Shown piece after piece: positions 39,317-42,854 of a stretch of 42,854 bases of DNA. The stretch comes from an uncultured Campylobacter sp. (GTDB taxonomy: Bacteria; Campylobacterota; Campylobacteria; Campylobacterales; Campylobacteraceae), in contig NZ_CAJPMA010000001.1 of NCBI RefSeq assembly GCF_905371695.1, positions 1-42,854 on the forward strand, given 5' to 3'. Position numbers and translations under genes: made by a program. Positions within the stretch are counted from its first letter, which is position 1. Each line of letters starts with the position of its first letter. Under the pieces are notes generated by a model. That model saw nothing but the letters and a program-made list of their open reading frames with translations. It was not told where the DNA came from and ran no database searches.

Positions 39317-40393
39317 ATGTTAAATTACGACGCATTAAAATCCGTTTTTTTTAAATTCGACCCCGAAACCGCTCACAAAATCGCCGAAATCGCGATGCGC
39401 GGGGCGAATTTTATATTTCCGGGCGCTTTTAGCCTAGTCGCGCGCAAGTGCGTGATAAACGACGCTAGATTACAGCAAAATTTACTAGGCTCTATCTATA
39501 ATAACCCCGTAGGCGTCGCGGGAGGGTTCGATAAAAACGCGACGATGATCCCTGCTCTTACGGCGATGGGTTTCGGCTTTTTAGAATTCGGTACTTTCAC
39601 GCCCAAACCGCAAGAAGGCAACGACAAGCCGCGCCTTTTTCGCCTAATCGAAGAAGAGAGTATCCAAAATGCGATGGGTTTTAATAACGAAGGTTGCGAG
39701 CGCGTAAAATCGCGCGTTAGCAAGCTTTATCCAAACGTATTGCCGCTTTGGGCCAATATCGGTAAAAATAAAATCACTCCGAACGAAGCCGCTATTAGCG
39801 ATTACGAAACTCTCGTGCGAGAATTTTGCGAGCTAACCGACGCTTTCGTTATTAACGTCTCTTCGCCTAATACACCTAACCTTCGCGCGCTGCAAGAAAG
39901 CGAGTTTATAAGCGAGCTTTTCGGGCGCATCCGTCCGCTTACCAAACGCCCGATAATATTTAAAATAGCCCCCGATATGAGCGAGCAAAAGGCGGTAGAA
40001 ATCTGCAAATGCGCGGTAGATAGCGGTGCGGACGGCGTGATAATAAATAATACCAGCGTGGATTATTCGCTATCGCATTCAGCGAATTTGCAAAATTTCG
40101 GCGGCCTTAGCGGTAAAATAATCGCTCAAAAATCGCGCGAGCTTTTCGGGACGGTCGCTAGCGAGCTTTACGGTAAAACGACGCTAATTAGCTGCGGCGG
40201 CATAGATAGCGCGCAGGAAGCTTACGAACGGATAAAATTAGGCGCTAATTTGGTACAAATTTTCACGGCGTTTATATTTAAAGGGCCTATGATAGCGCGC
40301 GCTATAAACGCGGGAATTTTAGAGCTTTTACGGCGCGACGGATATGAAAATATCAAGCAAGCCATCGGTGCGAATTTGAAAGGAAAAGCGTGA
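39317..40393 (+). CDS. pyrD: Dihydroorotate dehydrogenase (quinone), family 2
   Basis: DPETAH, AGGFDKN, GNDKPRLFRL, NAMGFNN, NVSSPNTPNLR, KIAPD, GGLSG. Confidence 0.96.
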   Translation: MLNYDALKSVFFKFDPETAHKIAEIAMRGANFIFPGAFSLVARKCVINDARLQQNLLGSIYNNPVGVAGGFDKNATMIPALTAMGFGFLEFGTFTPKPQEGNDKPRLFRLIEEESIQNAMGFNNEGCERVKSRVSKLYPNVLPLWANIGKNKITPNEAAISDYETLVREFCELTDAFVINVSSPNTPNLRALQESEFISELFGRIRPLTKRPIIFKIAPDMSEQKAVEICKCAVDSGADGVIINNTSVDYSLSHSANLQNFGGLSGKIIAQKSRELFGTVASELYGKTTLISCGGIDSAQEAYERIKLGANLVQIFTAFIFKGPMIARAINAGILELLRRDGYENIKQAIGANLKGKA

Positions 40394-41640
40394 TAAAATT
40401 TAATAAAACAAAACTTAAAAACGGACTTGAAATTTACCATCTACCCGTCAACAAAGGCTCAAACGTAATTAGCGTCGATATTTTTTACAAAGTCGGCTCG
40501 CGAAACGAAACCATGGGCAAAAGCGGCATCGCGCACATGCTAGAACACCTCAATTTTAAATCGACTAAAAATTTAAAAGCCGGCGAATTCGACCGTATCG
40601 TAAAAAGCTACGGCGGCGTGGATAACGCGAGTACGGGCTTTGATTATACGCATTATTTTATTAAAAGTTCTAGCCCGATTTTAGAGCGCTCGTTAGGTCT
40701 TTTTGCCGAGCTGATGGAAAATTTAAGCTTAAAAGGCAGGGAATTTCAGCCCGAACGCGACGTCGTGCACGAAGAGCGCAGATGGCGCACGGATAATAAT
40801 CCTATCGGATACTTATATTTTCGCCTTTTTAACCACGCCTTTATCTACCACCCTTATCACTGGACGCCAATAGGTTTCATAAAAGATATAGAAAACTGGA
40901 CGATCGAAGATATCCGCGAATTTCACGCGACATATTATCAGCCGCAAAATGCGATTTTATTAATTAGCGGCGACGTAGACAAGAAAACGGCATTCGAGCT
41001 TGCTAAGGCAAAATTCGGACACATTAAAAATAGACGCGAGTTGCCTAAATTTCACTGCGTAGAGCCCGCGCAAGACGGTGCTAAACGCATCACGATCCAC
41101 AAAGAAAGCCAAACGCAGCTGCTTGCCATCGGCTATAAAATCCCGCCGTTTAATCACGACGATCAAGCCTGGCTGAGCGCCGTTAGCGCGTATCTTAGCA
41201 GCGGTAAAAGCTCGGTCTTGCAGCGCGTACTAATCGACGAACTACAACTCGTAAATGAAATTTACGCCTACGATATGCCTAGTATCGACGAAAATTTATT
41301 TATCATTCTCGCCGTTTGTAACCCTGGCGTAGAAGCCGAGCGCGCGGAGAATGAAATTTTAAAAATTTTAGACGAGTTAAAGACGAAACCTATCGCGCAA
41401 GACGACGTAACGAAGATTAAAAATTTAATCAAAAGCAAATTCGTATACGCGCAAGGAAGCGCTTCAAAAGCGGCGAATTTACTAGGCGATTATCTAGCGC
41501 GCGGGAGCATTGAGCCGCTTTATAAGCTTCAAAGCGCAAGCGAAAATTTAAGCGCCGAAATTTTACGAGATACGGCTAAAAAGTATTTTACGCCGCACAA
41601 TTCTACGACGATCATCCTAAGAAAGGAAAAAAGTGAATAA
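40390..41640 (+). CDS. M16 (pitrilysin-family) zinc peptidase
   Basis: [17 protein letters not shown] (HXXEH), [21 protein letters not shown]. Confidence 0.92.
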   Translation: MIKFNKTKLKNGLEIYHLPVNKGSNVISVDIFYKVGSRNETMGKSGIAHMLEHLNFKSTKNLKAGEFDRIVKSYGGVDNASTGFDYTHYFIKSSSPILERSLGLFAELMENLSLKGREFQPERDVVHEERRWRTDNNPIGYLYFRLFNHAFIYHPYHWTPIGFIKDIENWTIEDIREFHATYYQPQNAILLISGDVDKKTAFELAKAKFGHIKNRRELPKFHCVEPAQDGAKRITIHKESQTQLLAIGYKIPPFNHDDQAWLSAVSAYLSSGKSSVLQRVLIDELQLVNEIYAYDMPSIDENLFIILAVCNPGVEAERAENEILKILDELKTKPIAQDDVTKIKNLIKSKFVYAQGSASKAANLLGDYLARGSIEPLYKLQSASENLSAEILRDTAKKYFTPHNSTTIILRKEKSE

Positions 41641-42529
41641 AAAAACAATAATGGGCGCTATGACGGCGCTGATTACGCCTTTTAAAGACGGTAAATTAGA
41701 CGAAATCGGTTATGAAAAATTAATCAAAAGACAAATCGCAAACGGCATCGATGCGGTCGTACCCGTAGGCACGACGGGCGAGAGCGCGACGCTAACGCAC
41801 GACGAGCATAGAATTTGCATCGAAATCGCCGTAAATACCTGCAAAAATACCGGCGTAAAAGTGCTCGCAGGCGCCGGTAGTAACGCCACTCACGAGGCGG
41901 TAGGTCTTGCAAAATTCGCGCAAGATCACGGCGCAGACGGCATCCTCTCGGTTGCGCCCTACTACAACAAACCGACGCAAGAAGGCCTATACCGCCACTA
42001 CAAAGCGATCGCTTCAAGCGTCGAAATCCCGGTGCTACTCTATAACGTCCCGGGCCGCGTGGGCGTAGATATCCAGCCGTGCACGGTTTTTAGACTGTTT
42101 AAAGAGTGCGAGAACGTCTACGGTGTAAAAGAAGCCACCGGCAGCATCGAGCGCTGCGTCGATCTGCTCGCGCACGAGCCTGCCTTGTCCGTCATCAGCG
42201 GCGAGGATGCGATAAACTACCCTATCCTCTCAAACGGCGGCAAGGGAGTGATCTCGGTCACGGCAAATTTACTCCCCGACGAAATCTCAAATTTGACCCA
42301 CTTTGCGCTAAAAGGCGAATTTGCGCGCGCAAAAGCCATAAACGACGATCTTTATGCGGTAAATAAAATAATGTTTTGCGAGAGCAACCCTATTCCCGTC
42401 AAAGCCGCGATGTATATCGCAGGGCTCATATCAAGCCTCGAGTACCGCCTGCCGCTTTGCGAGCCGAGCACCGAAAATCTCAAAAAAATCGAACAAACCA
42501 TAAAACAATATAATATAAAAGGATTTTAA
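41633..42529 (+). CDS. dapA: 4-hydroxy-tetrahydrodipicolinate synthase
   Basis: [44 protein letters not shown]. Confidence 0.97.
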   Translation: MNKKTIMGAMTALITPFKDGKLDEIGYEKLIKRQIANGIDAVVPVGTTGESATLTHDEHRICIEIAVNTCKNTGVKVLAGAGSNATHEAVGLAKFAQDHGADGILSVAPYYNKPTQEGLYRHYKAIASSVEIPVLLYNVPGRVGVDIQPCTVFRLFKECENVYGVKEATGSIERCVDLLAHEPALSVISGEDAINYPILSNGGKGVISVTANLLPDEISNLTHFALKGEFARAKAINDDLYAVNKIMFCESNPIPVKAAMYIAGLISSLEYRLPLCEPSTENLKKIEQTIKQYNIKGF

Positions 42530-42854
42530 TGAATTGCGAAAACGAATTTAAAGGCAAAACTCTAGTAATCAGCGGCGGAACGCGCGGCATCGGACGCGCC
42601 ATCGTGGAGGAATTCGCCGCAAAGGGCGTAAATATCGCCTTTACTTACAACTCAAACGAAGAGCTAGCCAAAACCCAAGCCGCCGAGCTCGAGGCGACAT
42701 ACGGCATAAAAGCCAGAGCCTACGCGCTAAATGTACTTGAGCCCGAGACCTACAAAGATCTATTTTTAGAGATCGACGCCGATTTTGACCGTATAGATTT
42801 TTTCGTCTCAAACGCCATCATCTCGGGTCGCCCGGTAGCAGGCGGATATACTAA
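42529..42854 (+). CDS. Short-chain dehydrogenase/reductase (enoyl-ACP reductase/7-alpha-HSDH-like), 3'-truncated by window end
   Basis: Translated by hand: [40 protein letters not shown]...IDFFVSNA; ATG overlaps dapA stop; absent from the ORF track because it has no stop in the window. Confidence 0.88.
   Translation, partial: MNCENEFKGKTLVISGGTRGIGRAIVEEFAAKGVNIAFTYNSNEELAKTQAAELEATYGIKARAYALNVLEPETYKDLFLEIDADFDRIDFFVSNAIISGRPVAGGYT

Noticed and set aside
1..42854. CRISPR array, tRNA/rRNA, IS/prophage genes, phase-variable poly-G tracts
   Set aside because: No regularly spaced direct repeats, cloverleafs, transposase/integrase ORFs or long G/C runs were seen; almost all sequence is accounted for by housekeeping CDS.

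Overview
Gene-dense core-chromosome segment of a Campylobacter. Gene order and proteins are Campylobacter-like; the CG-rich codon style and many AAATTT motifs suggest an oral C. rectus/showae/gracilis-type species (inference). Contents in order: 3' part of valS, a methionine ABC importer (metN, metI, three tandem metQ paralogs), LysE- and DedA-family membrane proteins, a leftward block (COG3400/TrkA-domain protein, aroB, MscS channel, mtaB, an FtsH paralog lacking HEXXH, mog), an Mla/Pqi-type MCE transporter, tgt with CorA-like and Sel1 genes, ilvB-ilvN-lpxD, flgH divergent from pta-ackA, fapA-like-ruvA-ddl-Phd-like-hydrolase-murF, and murJ-cysS-msbA-pyrD-M16 peptidase-dapA-SDR (partial). I saw no transposase, prophage, CRISPR array, tRNA or rRNA. 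The best non-obvious signal is the 263-nt metI-metQ1 spacer. It holds a terminator, a -10 box, a ribosome-binding site, a 19-codon Met/Cys-containing leader ORF (MKSDMCDMRRYTRNESSRD) missing from the ORF track, and four long, partly mutually exclusive RNA helices, one of which perfectly sequesters the metQ1 Shine-Dalgarno. This is the layout of a ribosome-mediated translational attenuator sensing methionine. Other points of interest are interdigitated sigma54 (flgH) and sigma70 (pta) promoters, diverged binding-site motifs among the MetQ paralogs, a tail-duplicated orphan Phd/YefM-like protein, two palindromic intergenic elements, and a break in valS homology at the window edge.
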